From: Malacoraja senta
Taxonomy: Eukaryota
Reading direction: 5' to 3'
Assembly: GCA_038087875.1 (NCBI GenBank)
Contig: CM075989.1
Coordinates: 21,764,001-21,828,000 of the forward strand
DNA: 64,000 bases
Part shown: positions 38,329 through 51,486 of the stretch, one piece after another
Layout of the letters: every line of letters begins with the position of its first letter
Numbering within the stretch: the stretch's first letter is position 1
Notes under the pieces: generated by a model
What the model was told of the DNA's origin: nothing
Databases searched by the model: none
The model's input: the letters and a program-made list of their open reading frames with translations, nothing else
Program-made: the position numbers and the translations under genes

Positions 38329-38508
38329 TAGGAAGGAACTGCAGATGCTGGTTTAAACCAAAGACAGACACAAAATGCTGGAGTAGCTCAGCGGGACAGG
38401 CAGACAAGATCAGTCTGAAGAAGGTCTCGAACCCGAAACGTCACCCATTCCTTCGCTCCAGAGATGCTGTCTGTCCAGCTGAGTTACACCAGCATTTTGT
38501 GTCTATCT
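38329..38508. mobile_element. PLE-derived fold-back element
   Basis: Inverted arms with internal ctgaagaaggtctcgaacccgaaacgtc; flanks caggata. Confidence 0.75.
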
Positions 38509-38698
38509 AGCAGGATAAGGAAACCGGCATCTTCTCCTGTGCCAACACCCCCCTTTCAGATTATTCACAATTGCCACTGATCTGCAGACTATTTTTTGAT
38601 ACCAGCCTACAAAAACAGGTACCCTACACAGAGGACAGACGCAAAATGTTCGAGTAACTCAGCGGGTCAGGCAGCATCTCTGGAGAAAAGGAATAAGT

Positions 38699-38726
38699 GA
38701 CGTTTCGGGTTGAAACCCTTCCTCAG
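38699..38726 (-). ncRNA. Minimal hammerhead ribozyme core in a PLE pseudo-LTR
   Basis: CUGAGGA-A-GGGUU-UC-AACCC-GAAAC-GUC. Confidence 0.55.
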
Positions 38727-39054
38727 ACAGAGTCAGGGAGGGGGGCACTGGAGGGAAGGGAAGGTACAGAATAAAGCAGAGACTGCACTGATGACTCGGG
38801 AAAGTTGGAGCCCACAATGGTCCCTACCCAGAGTTCATCAGGAGATTACCAGGTGGATTACAGAAATGATTCAAGGATACTTTTCAGTCTTTCAGTGACT
38901 CCACACTCTGAAGAAGGGTCTCGACCTGAAACGTCTCCCATTCCTACCATCTAGAGATGCTGTCTGTCCCGCTGAGCTGCTACTCCAGCATGTTGTGTCT
39001 ATCTTCAGTGTAAACCAGCATCTGCAGTTCATTCCTGCACAGTACGTTGTCATA

Positions 39055-39402
39055 TCATAAGTGATAGGAGTAGAATTGGGCCATTCAGCCCATCAAGTCT
39101 ACTCCACCATTCAATCATGGCTGATCTATCTCTCCCTTCTAACCCCATTCTCCTGCCTTCACCCCATAACCTCTGACACGGGTACTAATCAAGAATCTAT
39201 CTATCTCTGTCTTAAGTATATCCACTGATTTAGCCTCCACAGCACTTCTGTGGCAAAGAATTCCACAGATTCACCACCCTCTGACTAAAGAAATTCTTCC
39301 TCATCTCCTTCCTAAAAGAACGTCCTTTAACTCTGAGGCCGTGATCTCTAGTCCTAGACTCTCCCACTAGTGGAAACATTCTCTCCACATCCACTCTATC
39401 CT
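39055..39402 (-). mobile_element. CR1 LINE 3' fragment
   Basis: Reverse complement of the subfamily at 9190-9605. Confidence 0.85.
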
Positions 39403-39404
39403 GT

Positions 39405-39732
39405 CACGGGCAGTCACGGTGGCGCAGCGGTAGAGTTGCTGCCTTACAGCGAAGGCAGCGCTGGAGACCCGGGTTCAATCCCGACTACGGGTGCTGTCTG
39501 TACGGAGTTTGTGCGTTCTCCCTGTGACCTACGTGGGTTTACTCTGAGATCTTCGGTTTCCTCCCACACTCCGAAGACGTACAGGTTTTTAGGTTAAATG
39601 GCGTGGTATTAATGTAAAAATTGTCCCTAGTGGGTGCAGGATAGTGTCGATGTGTGGGGATCGCTGGTCGGCGCGGACCCGGTGAGCCGAAGGGCCTGTT
39701 TCCGTGCTGTATTTCTAAACTAAACTGAACTA
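39405..39732 (+). mobile_element. HE1-like V-SINE (variant with short head duplication)
   Basis: Full copy; ttacagcgaaggcagcgc head variant. Confidence 0.88.
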
Positions 39733-41354
39733 AGCCTTTCACTATTCTGTACATTTCAATGAGGTCCCCCCTCAACTCCCTACCTCCGTCAACTTTAACT
39801 TTACACTGAAATGGCCTTGCAAGCATTTCAACTATTTGAAAATACATATCAGTTCATGATAACCAAGGTCTCAGAAATTATTTGGAAGTCATGTTATCTA
39901 TCACTTTGTTAAATTGCAAGGATGTTAGTACTTACCAAAATTAAAATTTGTGCATTAAATTCTTCCAGTTATCCTTGACCAAAAAAAATTGACATCTGAT
40001 AAAATGACATTTTGAATTTTTCTTGATCTGTGGGTATGATTAAACTAACTGGTTCCAATAACAAACAGCGAGTAGAAAGATTTATTGCAGTACAACTCAA
40101 ACAAAAAAAAAAAGTTCCCAATCTCATTAAGTCAAGAGATCTTATTACAGGATTTGTGTGATCTTCAATTACCAGTCTGTAACTTGCTGTGAAGTAAAGT
40201 TTCCAGAATCTATTAACATTACAGCTGAACTTTTATCCTGTGCGGAATATGCGAGGTCAAAGTCTGAATGCAAAATTATTCACGTATCTACCTGATTTAA
40301 GCTTCAGTTCAAATGTGAGAATGAGACACAAGGAACGCTCGCTTGATTCCATAACAGATCAGCATCATAATTATTTGGGAAATTGTCATTAACATTTGGA
40401 ATTTCCTTTGCAGCTTTCGAATATTGCTTCGGTGACCACATTTGCAGAAGTTCATGTTTGCGAAGTAATTATTTTGTAATAAATGAGAGACAGACGAAGC
40501 TAAACAACATTCTTTTATCCACAACATGTTTCAACTGAAGCAGCGCTGAAACGCAGCAAATTTTCTTTGTGATTTCAAAGCCGCCCCGATTGGTTTGGTG
40601 CAGAGCGCTGAGGGATTAATATAATTCAGATGCCAAAGAAATTGTTAGAAAGAAATTAGTTAATAAGGTTTAAATGCTCCCACATATTTCAATATAACGG
40701 TGCTCCCTTTCATCTTCCAGTGTCTTGCTTCTTCTGCTATTACTGAAGTGGTCTTGCTTCATAGACTCCATCCTCAGTGTGTGTTGCCAGCTGTGAAATC
40801 TCATGAGTGCAAGTGCGAGACAGATGGAAGCATATTGACTATGAGGAGCTGGGTGTTTTCAAAGAGTGAGACACACATAAACAAGCAACTTTTTAACCAA
40901 GATGAATAAAGCTGTGGCTATGCTTCACACACTTGATGAGAGGGTAGCAGCTGAGCTCCAAGCATCTGTACTCAAGTTACACTATGCTATGTCGCTTGCT
41001 CTTCATATCTTGCCTCCAGCTTTTGGTAGGGTATTTAAAACCTGAATGTATAGTGAATCCTGATTTTTCATTTCTTAGAAATTGCTCGGTGATAATAATG
41101 AGCCAGATGTGATTTTATTAAATTTTAAGAGGCAGCGCTTTTGAAAGCCAGTCGCACACACCTGTTGCCTTGTGTCTTGAGCAGCGGGCTGCCAGAACAT
41201 CTCTTAAAGGTGGTCTCACTTCCAGAGCCAATCGATGTTTTAAACACAGTATCAGACTAGTGCTAAAGGTCATCTATTGCCAAACAAGCAGTAAGACTGG
41301 AGTGTGTCACTCACACTTGATAGATGGCAGTGCGCTGCCCAATTCAGTTGGATG

Positions 41355-41675
41355 TTTAGTTTAGTTTAGAGATACAGTGCGGAAACAGGCCCTTCGGCCC
41401 ACCGGGTCCATGCCGACCAGCGATCCCCTCATATTAACACTATCCTACATCCACTGTGGACAATTTTTACATTTACCAAGCCAATTAACCTACAAACCTG
41501 TATGTCTTTGGAGTGTGGGAGGAAACTGAAGATCTCGGAGAAAACCCGCACAGGCCACGGGGAGAACGTACAAACTCTGTACAGACAGCACCCGCAGTCG
41601 GGATCGAACCCGGATCTCCGGTGCTGCATTCGCTGTAAGGCAGCAACTCTACCGCTGCGCCACCGTGACCGCCCG
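41355..41675 (-). mobile_element. HE1-like V-SINE
   Basis: Full copy on the minus strand. Confidence 0.88.
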
Positions 41676-42065
41676 CGATGTCGGAGTCTTGAGCAAAACA
41701 CAAAGTCCTGTTGGAACTCAGCGCATCAGGCAGCATCAGTGGAGGAAATGGGCAGATTATATTTCTTCTTCTATCTGAAGAAGGGTCCCAACTCGAATCA
41801 TCGTTTGTCCATACCTTCCACAGATGCTGCCTGACCCCTTGAGTTCCTCCCATACTTTTGAGTTTGTGCAGAAGTGAGGTCTACTTGTGAGGAAATTTAT
41901 ACCAAACATATGGCTGCTAATTCATTTGTACAGAAATATAGGAGTAATTGCTGTACACAGTGGAATTCGCCGCAAGGAACAAAGTGCATTTGTGGAAGCT
42001 TATTAAGTACATGAGGGGGGGAAGCAACAAAAGGGTACGATGATACGTTAAATATCAACGATAAG

Positions 42066-42545
42066 AGAAATTGCAGAGAATTGTGGACACAACCCAGACT
42101 ATCACACAAACCAACCTCCCATTGACTCCATTTATACTTCAAGCTGACTCGACAAGGCCAGCAGCATAATCAAGGACGAGTTGCATCCTGGCTATTCACT
42201 CTTCTCCCCTCTCCCATCGAGCAAAAGCTACAGAAGTGTGAAAACGCACACCTCCAGATTCAGGGACAGTTTCTTCCCAGCTGTTATCAGGCAACTGAAC
42301 CATCCTACCACAACCAGAGAGCAGTCCTGAACTACGATCTACCTCATTGGTGACACTCGGACTATCCCTTGATCAGACTTTACTGGCTTTATCTTGCACT
42401 AAATGTTATTCCCTTATCATGTGTCTATGCTCTGTATATGGATCGATGGTGATCATGTATTGTCTTTTCACTGTCTGGTTAGCATGCAACAAAAGCTTTT
42501 CACTGTACCTCGGTGCACGTGACAGTAAAAGAAAACTGAACTGGA
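42066..42545 (+). mobile_element. Rex1/Babar LINE 3' end (C-terminal codons and 3' UTR)
   Basis: Decayed KLQRIVD...KASSIIKDE.HPG.SLFSPLPS...KTHTSRFRDSFFPAVIRQLN, then the tail. Confidence 0.85.
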
Positions 42546-42551
42546 CTGATG

Positions 42552-42741
42552 CGTAGGAAGGAACTGCAGATGGTGGTTTAAACCGAAGATAGACACAAAA
42601 TGCTGGAATAACTCAGCGGGACAGGCAGCATCTCTGGAGAGAAGGAGTGGCTGAAGAAGGGTCTCGACCCGCAACGTCACCCATTGCTTCTCTCCAGAGA
42701 TGCTGCCTGTCCCGCTGAGTTACTCCAGCATTTTGTGTGTA
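42552..42741. mobile_element. PLE-derived fold-back element
   Basis: Inverted arms; direct repeat tgaactg(g/a)actgatg at 42537-42551 and 42742-42756. Confidence 0.8.
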
Positions 42742-43107
42742 TGAACTGAACTGATGTTGGATGGTGCAAGACACAGAGGAGAATATTGTGTGGAGAATAT
42801 TACTGCCATGGATCAGTTGGGTTGAAGGGGTCTGCTTCAATGATGTAGGTTCGATGTGTACACAAGAGAAAAGGTTAAGTGCAGCTGTGAGAAAAGCTGA
42901 AAGGCATGTGGAGGATTTGCTGCTCATCCTTGGACAGGAAGTACATGACCACACACATCACTCTTCCTGTGGTGCCTTGCAGCATCACAGAGAACTCCAA
43001 GCACAGATGCATCGATTTAACAAGCGAAACAAATCCAAGTGTGTGTTCAAAAGAGGCAAGTGAAAATATTTAACCCCGAAGCCAGTGATAAAACGCAAAT
43101 TCAATAT

Positions 43108-43409
43108 TAGTTTAGTTTTGTTTTAGTTCAGTTTAGAGATAAATCGTGGAAACAGGCCCTTCGGCCCACCGAGTCAGCTCCGACCGGCGATCCCCGCACA
43201 CTCACACTATCCTACACACACTAGAAGCCAATTAGCCTACAAACCTGCACATCTTTGGAGTGCGGGCAGAAACCAGAGTACACTGAGAAAAGCCACGCGG
43301 TCACGGGGAGAACGTATAAACTCCATACAGATAGCACCTGTAGTCAGGATCGAACCCGGATCTCTGGCGTGTTAAGCAGCAACTCTACCGCTGCGCCACC
43401 GTGCCGCCC
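43108..43409 (-). mobile_element. HE1-like V-SINE
   Basis: Head-to-tail copy on the minus strand. Confidence 0.85.
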
Positions 43410-43674
43410 TATCTCAAGTTTGGAAGTATTTTGGATATCATATAGCTTTACTGATTTACTGATAGTTTTAAGATTTCTTCAAAGCAGAATGAATTGCAAG
43501 TCTGGGTTCATGTACATGCAGGTGTTGTATGGCATTGTTGGGCAATAATTCCATCTTTACTTATTTTCAAATAATTTCAAAAATCTGCAAGCAATTGCAG
43601 CAAACAGGTGTAAAATACTGTCAAATATAAGAAGAAATATTAAATATTTCAAACTTACACACTTTCACTGATGA

Positions 43675-43930
43675 TAGAAACATAGAAACATAGACAACAG
43701 GTACAGGAGTAGGCCATTTGGCCCTTCGAGTCAGCACCGCCATTCAATATGATCATGGCTGATCATCCCGAATCTGAACCCCGTTCCTGCTTTCTCCCCA
43801 TATCCCTTGTTTCCGTTAGCCCCAAGAGCTAAATCTAACTCTCTCTTGAATACATCCAGTGAATTGGCCTCCACTGCCTTCTGTGGCAGATAATTCCACA
43901 GATGCACAACTCTCTAGGTGAAACGTTTTT
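43675..43930 (-). mobile_element. CR1 LINE 3' fragment
   Basis: 3' UTR with (tttctatg)n tail. Confidence 0.85.
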
Positions 43931-44327
43931 TCTTTAAATATCTTAAAATGTCCAAAAGGTTTGCAAGTCGAATGGTATGTTTTAGTCCACGAGTATCTGA
44001 CCAACTTCAAAGCTGTAAAAGTTGATAGCTGTCCAAGAGACTGAAGGTTAAGTCTGACATTCAGCTGGGCTGTCCAAATGGCGTTTTCCTTATGTTTGAG
44101 TTTGTCAAAGTCCAGGGAGACTAACAAGGCAAAGCTGGCAGGAGATTAATCCCATTCCTGAACAGTTGTTTGGCCACATAAGGAAGCATGCATTCATTTT
44201 TTTTTGGTTGTATCCCTTCTCCTATCCAAGGAGAATATCGTAACTAAGACAATAGGCCGATTGTATTGTGTGCATGTGTGTGTGCACGTGTTAGTTGGGG
44301 GTGAGAGTGAAGGGAGGAGTAGTGGAA

Positions 44328-44757
44328 GTTCATAAGTTCATTAAGCTCTACGAGCAGAATTAAACCATTCAGCCCATCAAGTCTACTCCGCCATTCAATC
44401 ATGGCTGACCTATCTCTCCATCTCAACCCCATTCTCCTGCCTTCTCCCCATAACCCCCTGACACCCATACTAATCAAGAACCAGTCAATCTCTGCCTTAA
44501 AAATATCCATTGACTTGGCCTCCTCAGTCTTCTGTGGCAATGAATTCCACAGATTCACCACAGTCTGACTGAAGAATTTCCTCCTCATCTCATTTCTAAA
44601 GTTACGTCCTTTTATCCTGAGGCTGTGGCCTCTAGTCCCGGACTCTCCCACTAGTGGAAACATCCTCTCCACATTCACTCTATCCAAGCCTTTCACTATT
44701 CAGTAAGTTTCAATGAAGTTCCCTCTAATCCTGCTAAACTCCAGCGAGTACAGGCCC
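44328..44757 (-). mobile_element. CR1 LINE 3' fragment
   Basis: KGLDRVNVERMFPLVGESGTRGHSLRIKG...VVNLWNSLPQ. Confidence 0.9.
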
Positions 44758-45552
44758 ACAGGAAGATTTAGAATATTACAGCACGGGAACAGGCCCTTCA
44801 GCCCACAACGTCTGTGCCGAACAATGTGCCATGAAAGGCTAATCTCCTCTGCCCACACATGATCCATATCCCTCCATAGCATGTGCCTATCTGAAAGCTT
44901 CCTAAACGCCACTATCGTATCTGCCTCCACCACCACCACCCCACGCCAAGAAATCAGATTGGATTTTTATGGCCGACTAAAAACAACTGATCAAACGAAG
45001 AATAGCCAGTCGGTTTCGAAGATGAAGCGTAGTTGGAAGAGTTGAAACTATTAATGCTCAACTATTCCACATGCATATTGTTATAATGCAATCACTGTAT
45101 TCCCCAGTTGCTGAGCAGAAAGTTCTGAAAGAAATCTGGAACGTTAAGGTTAAACCGTACATAACTTTTCTATTTAACTGAGTCGGTGGAAGGATTGCAG
45201 ATGTAACTACTTTACAATGCTGCAAAACGTTGGCAAATACTCAAAACTGCCGCAGCGCTAAGTAGAATTTGACGTTATTGTCTCCTAATTCAAAAGCTTG
45301 GCTTAGCATAAGCTCAGAGATCAGGAGTTTAAACAGCTCACTGAACAGATGATGGTGTGGAGATGCAGTATTTTTTCGATTCATGTCCCAGTTAACCAAA
45401 GGACCATGAAACCATAGATACGCTTAAGAAAGAACTGCAGATGCTGGAGAAATCGAAGGTAGACAAAAATGCTGGAGAAACTCAGCGGGTGAGGCAGCAT
45501 CTATGGAGCGAAGGAATAGGTGACTTTTCGGGTCGAGACGGAGGATTTGGGG

Positions 45553-45855
45553 AGGCACAGTGGCGCAACGGTTGGATTGCTGCCTTACAATGCCAGAGAC
45601 CCGGGTTTGATCCTGACTACGGGTGCTGTCTGTACGGAGTTTGTACGTTCTCCCCGTGACCTGCGTGGGTTTTCTCCGAGGTCTCCGGTTTCCTCCCACA
45701 CTCCAAAGACAAAGATTTGTAGGTTAATTGTCTTGGTATAATTGTCCCTAGTGTGTATAGGATAGCGTTAGTATGCAGGGATCGTTGGTCGGTATGGACT
45801 CGGCAGGCCGAAGGACCTGTTTCTGTGCTATATCTCTAAACTAAACTAAACTAAA
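45553..45855 (+). mobile_element. HE1-like V-SINE
   Basis: Full copy with (ctaaa)n tail. Confidence 0.85.
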
Positions 45856-45905
45856 TGAAAGAGATTTTCATTTATTCTTTCACAGTGACATGGGGGGCAT
45901 TTATC

Positions 45906-46268
45906 TGACCTTTTTGTCCTGGGCCTCCTCCATGGCCAGAGTGAGTCCCACCGCAAATTGGAGGAGCAGCACCTCATATTTCGCTTGGGTAGTTTACACC
46001 CCAGCGGTATGAACATTGACCTCCAATTTCAGGTAGTCCTTGCTTTCTCCTTCCTTCCCCTCCCCTTCCCAGCTCTCCCACAGCCTAATGTCTCCGCCTC
46101 TTATTTTCTTCTTCCCGCCCCCCCCACCCCCACATCAGTCTGACGAAGGGTCTCAACCCGAAACGCCACCTATTCCTTCGCTCCATAGATGCTGCCTCAC
46201 CCGCTGAGTTTCTCCAGCATTTTTGTCTACCTTAGATTTTTCCAGCATCTGCAGTTATTTCTTAAACA
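45906..46268 (+). mobile_element. Penelope-like element 3' end: GIY-YIG C-terminus, polypyrimidine spacer, pseudo-LTR
   Basis: VLGLLHGQSESHRKLEEQHLIFRLGSLHPSGMNID, followed by ctgacgaagggtctcaacccgaaacgcc and the same arm found in the fold-back elements. Confidence 0.8.
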
Positions 46269-46628
46269 ACTGGCCAGCATTTATTGATCATTCTTCAATA
46301 TCCTTGAACTGAGTGGCTTGGGAGGCCATTTCAGAAGGCAGTTATGATTGATAATATTGGTGTGGTATTGATCAATACAGATCAGAACAAGAAAGAACAG
46401 ATATTTTTCTCTCTCTGAACAGTATTAAAAAATCGGCTTGGTTTTTGTGTCATGCCCAGAAAGTTTCAGCATCGTTGTTGATGTTACTAACTTTCCTTTA
46501 ATTTATCGTTTTCCATTAATTTGAAATTCTTCAATTGCCATGACACGATGTAACTCGATTATGAGTCTGGTTTTAAATTATTTTTTCATACTGGGTCAGG
46601 GAAAGGCTCACAGATCCTCCTGAACTTA

Positions 46629-46805
46629 CCTGATCTCCCGGTTGCTAAACACTTTAATTCTCCTTCCCATTCCCACACTGACCTTTCTGTCCTCGGTCTC
46701 CTCCATGGTCAGAGTGAGGCTAAACGCAAATTGGAGGAACAGCATCTCATATTTCGCTTGGGCAGCTTACAGCCCAGTGGAATGAATATTGATTTCTCCA
46801 AGTAA
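46629..46805 (+). pseudogene. Penelope-like GIY-YIG endonuclease C-terminal fragment
   Basis: Reads PDLPVAKHFNSPSHSHTDLSVLGLLHGQSEAKRKLEEQHLIFRLGSLQPSGMNIDFSK* (VAxHF...H...R..E...I..L..L.P.G.N pattern). Confidence 0.8.
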
Positions 46806-47179
46806 CTCCGGCATTCCCTCTCTCTCCATCCCTTCCCCACCCAAGTCGCACCATGTTCTCGTTTTCACCCTACAAACAGCTAACAATGGCCTGAAGGACC
46901 TGTTTTTATGCTGTATCTTCAAATCTCGATCAATCAAGTATCAAGCAGAATCAACACTCATTTGACATATTTTCTTACCTTCCCGTAGAAACCTTTTTGT
47001 TAATTGGCTTTGCAACAAAATACCATTTTGAAATAGAAACGGAAGGAACTGCAGATACTGGAATCTTGAGCAAAGCACAAAGTGCCGGAGCAACTCACCA
47101 GGGCAGGCAGAAAATGAGTCTGAAGAAGAGTCACGACCTGAAACGTCATCTGTCCATTCCCTCCAAAATGCAGGAGTTA

Positions 47180-47562
47180 AGGGCCTGTCCAACTTAGGAG
47201 ACCTAAACAGCAACCTCTGGTGACCTTGCCCGCCACCCAAAAAAAAATCAAGGTCAAGGTGACCTGCAACCTCCTACCACCTCCCACCCATATGTTGAAA
47301 ACCTTCCTCCACTATGAAGAAAACCTCCTTCGACTAGACTAAAAAATGATTGATTTTTAAAACGGCAACCTATTTTTAGTGGACGTCGGTTTTAATCCTG
47401 ATGAAAAAATAGCAGCAACCTAGATGAAGCCTCGACCACGCGGAAACCACTTTCGACCATTAGGGAGAGTGGCCAAAACCTCCTGTGACCTCATGGAAAC
47501 CTTGGGTGTCGGGCAAGATCACCAGAGGTTGCTGTTTACGTCTCCTAAGTGGGACAGGCCCT
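47180..47562. mobile_element. PIF/Harbinger-type MITE inserted in a PLE arm
   Basis: About 60-bp imperfect TIR starting AGGGCCTGTCC.ACTTAGGAGAC; flanks tta/taa within host ggagtaactcag. Confidence 0.82.
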
Positions 47563-48551
47563 TAACTCAGCAAGATCAGGCAGCATCTCTGGAGAGAAGG
47601 GATAGGTGACGTTTCCGGTCAGAACCCTTTTCAGACCAAAACCGAAACGGCACCCATTCCTTCTCTCCAGAGATGCTGCCTGACCCACTGAGTTACTCCA
47701 ACATTTTGTGTCTATCATCGGTATAAGCCAGCATCTGCAGCTCCTTCCTACACCTTTTGTTCCCTCCGCAGATGCTGCCTGACCCGCTGAGTTACTCCAG
47801 CACTTTGTACATTACCCTTCTGAATTAGCTGCAATCATTTTATTTCCAGCTGATCATGCTCTGTGGTGAAAGCATGGGGCTAAATGATGCCAAAATATAT
47901 ATTCTAACTGGCAAAGTGATCACGATAATAAAGATTTGATCGTAAAATTAGCGACTGAGAATCAAAAATCAGGAAACAGTTCCTCATGTGAAAGACACTG
48001 AACATTTGGAAGCATCGCAATCTGTGGGCACAAATGGCCAATTGAAATAATTAAGACAAGATTGATAGATGTTTCATACATAGGGTGTCAAGGAACATGT
48101 GGAAAGTCTCATTAAAAAGTGAGTTCAGGATGATTTAGCCATGATGTAATGACCAAATGTTTATTCCAATAAACACCCACCTTCAAAATCGTTGAAATAA
48201 CTAAATAAACGTATTTGTCTTCTCAGTTCCCTGGCTGCAGAATAACAATATTAAGGTGCGGTGGAAGCATCAGGGAGTTTGGAGAGATCTCAGGTCCAAC
48301 CTTGTGTAGGAAGGAAGTGCAGATGCTGATTTACACCGAAGATGGACACAAAATGCTGTCTTCACTGTCCCTCAGTAGACGTCGTGAAAGAAGGCCATTG
48401 AGTGACAGAGGGAATAAGAACCACAATTTGCTGTAACAAAGGATGGGACTTTAGGCACAACATAGCCTTTATTTTTATCCTCCAACCATTACCTGCTCAA
48501 CATTTCGTTAAAGGCTTTACGTTCACAAGTTATAGGAATATAATTATAATT

Positions 48552-48793
48552 ATATGGCTGCCGGAAGGGGGGGTGGACGCTGACGCGTATTAGCAACCGC
48601 TGCTCTCTCTTCCATACTGTGTTTTTGATTTTTGTGTTCGGATTGAATTCTGTTTTTAATTTGTGTACTTGCGATGTCTTTACTATTCATTTCATTCCGC
48701 TTATATATTTCTACTGTAAAATCTTGTTAAATCTTGTAAGGTGTCCTTGAGATTTGAAATGCGCCCAAATAAAATGTATTATTATTATTATTA
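48552..48793 (+). mobile_element. 5'-truncated copy of the L2-tailed element at 25731-26720
   Basis: Colinear with 26478-26720; (att)n tail; inserted in a CR1 tail with ataatt duplicated. Confidence 0.8.
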
Positions 48794-49222
48794 TAATTAG
48801 GCCATTCGGCCCATTGAGTCTACTCCACCATCCAATCAACAATTAGTCCATCTCTGCCTTAAAAATATCGGCTGACTTGGCCTCCACAGCCCTCTGTGGC
48901 AATGAGTTCCATGGGATTGCCTCTGTGCTGTCAGCCCGGTTGATATAACTCATGTTTTCACTTTCTCCTTCCAAGATTTGAAAATCCACTGTAGAATTCT
49001 ATTACTTCAAATTATATCCCCACCCAAAATCTTTTGTCCAGACTGAGATCGCTTTCCGGTTCATTCGTCGCAGTTATCATACTGAAGGAAAACACAGATT
49101 AGAATCACACACCACCCGCAAAAAGCAACTCAACCGCGAAAGACCAGTCTCATTGCACGCCATAGGGCGACAATCCTGGATTACTGACCATCGGAAACAA
49201 GTATTGATCTACCAGCTAACTC

Positions 49223-49620
49223 AGACAATAGACAATAGACAATAGGTGCAGGAGTAGCCCATTCGGCCCTTCGAGCCATTCAATGTGATCATGGCTGATC
49301 ATCCCCAATCAGTACCCCGTTCCTGCCTTCTCCCCCATATCCCCTGACTCCGCTATTTTTTAGGAGCCCTATCTAGCTCTCTCTTGAAAGCATCCAGAGA
49401 ACCTGCCTCCACCGCCCTCTGAGGCAGAGAATTCCACAGACTCACCACTCTTTGTGAGAAAAAGTGTTTCCCCATCTCCGTTCTAAATGGCTTACTCCTT
49501 ATTCTTAAACTGTGGCCCCTGGTTCTGGTCTCCCCCAACATTGGGAACACGTTTCCTGCCTCTAGCGTGTCCAAGCCCTTGACAATCTTATATGTTTCAA
49601 TGAGATCCCCTCTCATCCTC
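49223..49620 (-). mobile_element. CR1 LINE 3' fragment
   Basis: MRGDLIETYKIVKGLD...VVSLWNSLPQ; (ctattgt)n tail. Confidence 0.9.
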
Positions 49621-50721
49621 CTCAGATATTCCCTTTATCCTGTATCTGTACACTGGCCGGCAAGATTGTAATCATGTGTCGTTTTCCGCTGACTGGATAG
49701 CATATAACAAAAAAAGCTTTTTATTGTATCTCCGTGCACGTGACAATAAACAACGAGATCATGAATATAACAAAGATTGACACAAAGAGCTGGAGCAACT
49801 CAGCGGGTCAGGCAGCATCTCTGGAGAAAAAGGATGGCTGACGTTTCGGTCGGCTTTAAGATGTTTTTATAGCAGAGTGTGATATGTTTGTGTTAGAAAA
49901 CAAGGAAATTAAATATTCTGCTCATAGAAAAATCATCTCCGCACCTAACATTCCCACCGGCTATGCTGGGAAAAACATGGGACATTGATTTGTATGAAGT
50001 ATCTTTCTAATATTCACATCCGTAGCAGTGGTTATTATAAACTCGATTGTTAAAGTGGGTTCAATATATTTCGTTTCCGCCATGTTTTGTGAATGAAAAA
50101 CAGCAGTTCAACGTGCTGAGAAAGGGGAGAAGTGTGTAGCACTCACAGGGATTTCATCTGCCATTGTACATTTGGCTCACACGCTAATTTGTTGTGAGAT
50201 TGCATTGACGTTATCCGTAAGACTGTAAAAGCTCGCGATTCTTGTACATTGAAGGACGATCCAACTGGTTGGCTGGTGCTTGGGAGGGGGTGGTGTGGGA
50301 GACGGAAGGCATGTGGCGAGCGGTGGACAACAGAACCAGAGGTACTGTATATTAAATTCATTGTCATTTAGTGTAGGATTTGGGGCAAGCTGTTCTCTTC
50401 AGCCGGTCAGCTGAAGTTTTATGAGGCCCATTGAAGCTCTAATGGGAAGGGCATTTACGTGAGGGAACAGAACTCCAAATATCTCTCCAGTCCTATATGT
50501 TGGTCATTAATCATCTGTTCTGACAGGTTTACCATTCACATATGTCTCATGCACATGTTGTAGGTTGGGTTGCAATTTATCAGAATGGGAGAGCACACAT
50601 TCTCGCAGAATAATAGCTGCCTGATTAAAGGAGGACAAAGAAAAGTTAGAAACTTATTTCATTCCAATCTTCTTCTACTTCTTGCGTATGGCGTGCACAG
50701 CCTCAAGTTGTAGGTCAGGGG

Positions 50722-51409
<688 letters not shown>

Positions 51410-51421
51410 GCATGTCAGGTT

Positions 51422-51475
51422 GATTGCATTAGTTGAAGCAGGGAGGACCACGTGAAGGTTGTAATCTCCCACCCC
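51422..51475 (-). ncRNA. Compact HDV/CPEB3-like self-cleaving ribozyme fold
   Basis: GGGGUGG-GA-GAUUACA-ACC-UUCACGU-GGU-CCUCCCU-GCUUCAA-CUAA-UGCAAUC maps to P1, J1/2, P2, P3, L3, P3', P1', reduced P4, J4/2, P2'. Confidence 0.75.
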
Positions 51476-51486
51476 TTTCATTCCTA

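Noticed and set aside
39405..39490. tRNA-like sequences with A/B boxes (many copies in the window)
   Set aside because: They continue into V-domain SINE bodies and lack a complete cloverleaf; they are SINE heads, not tRNA genes.
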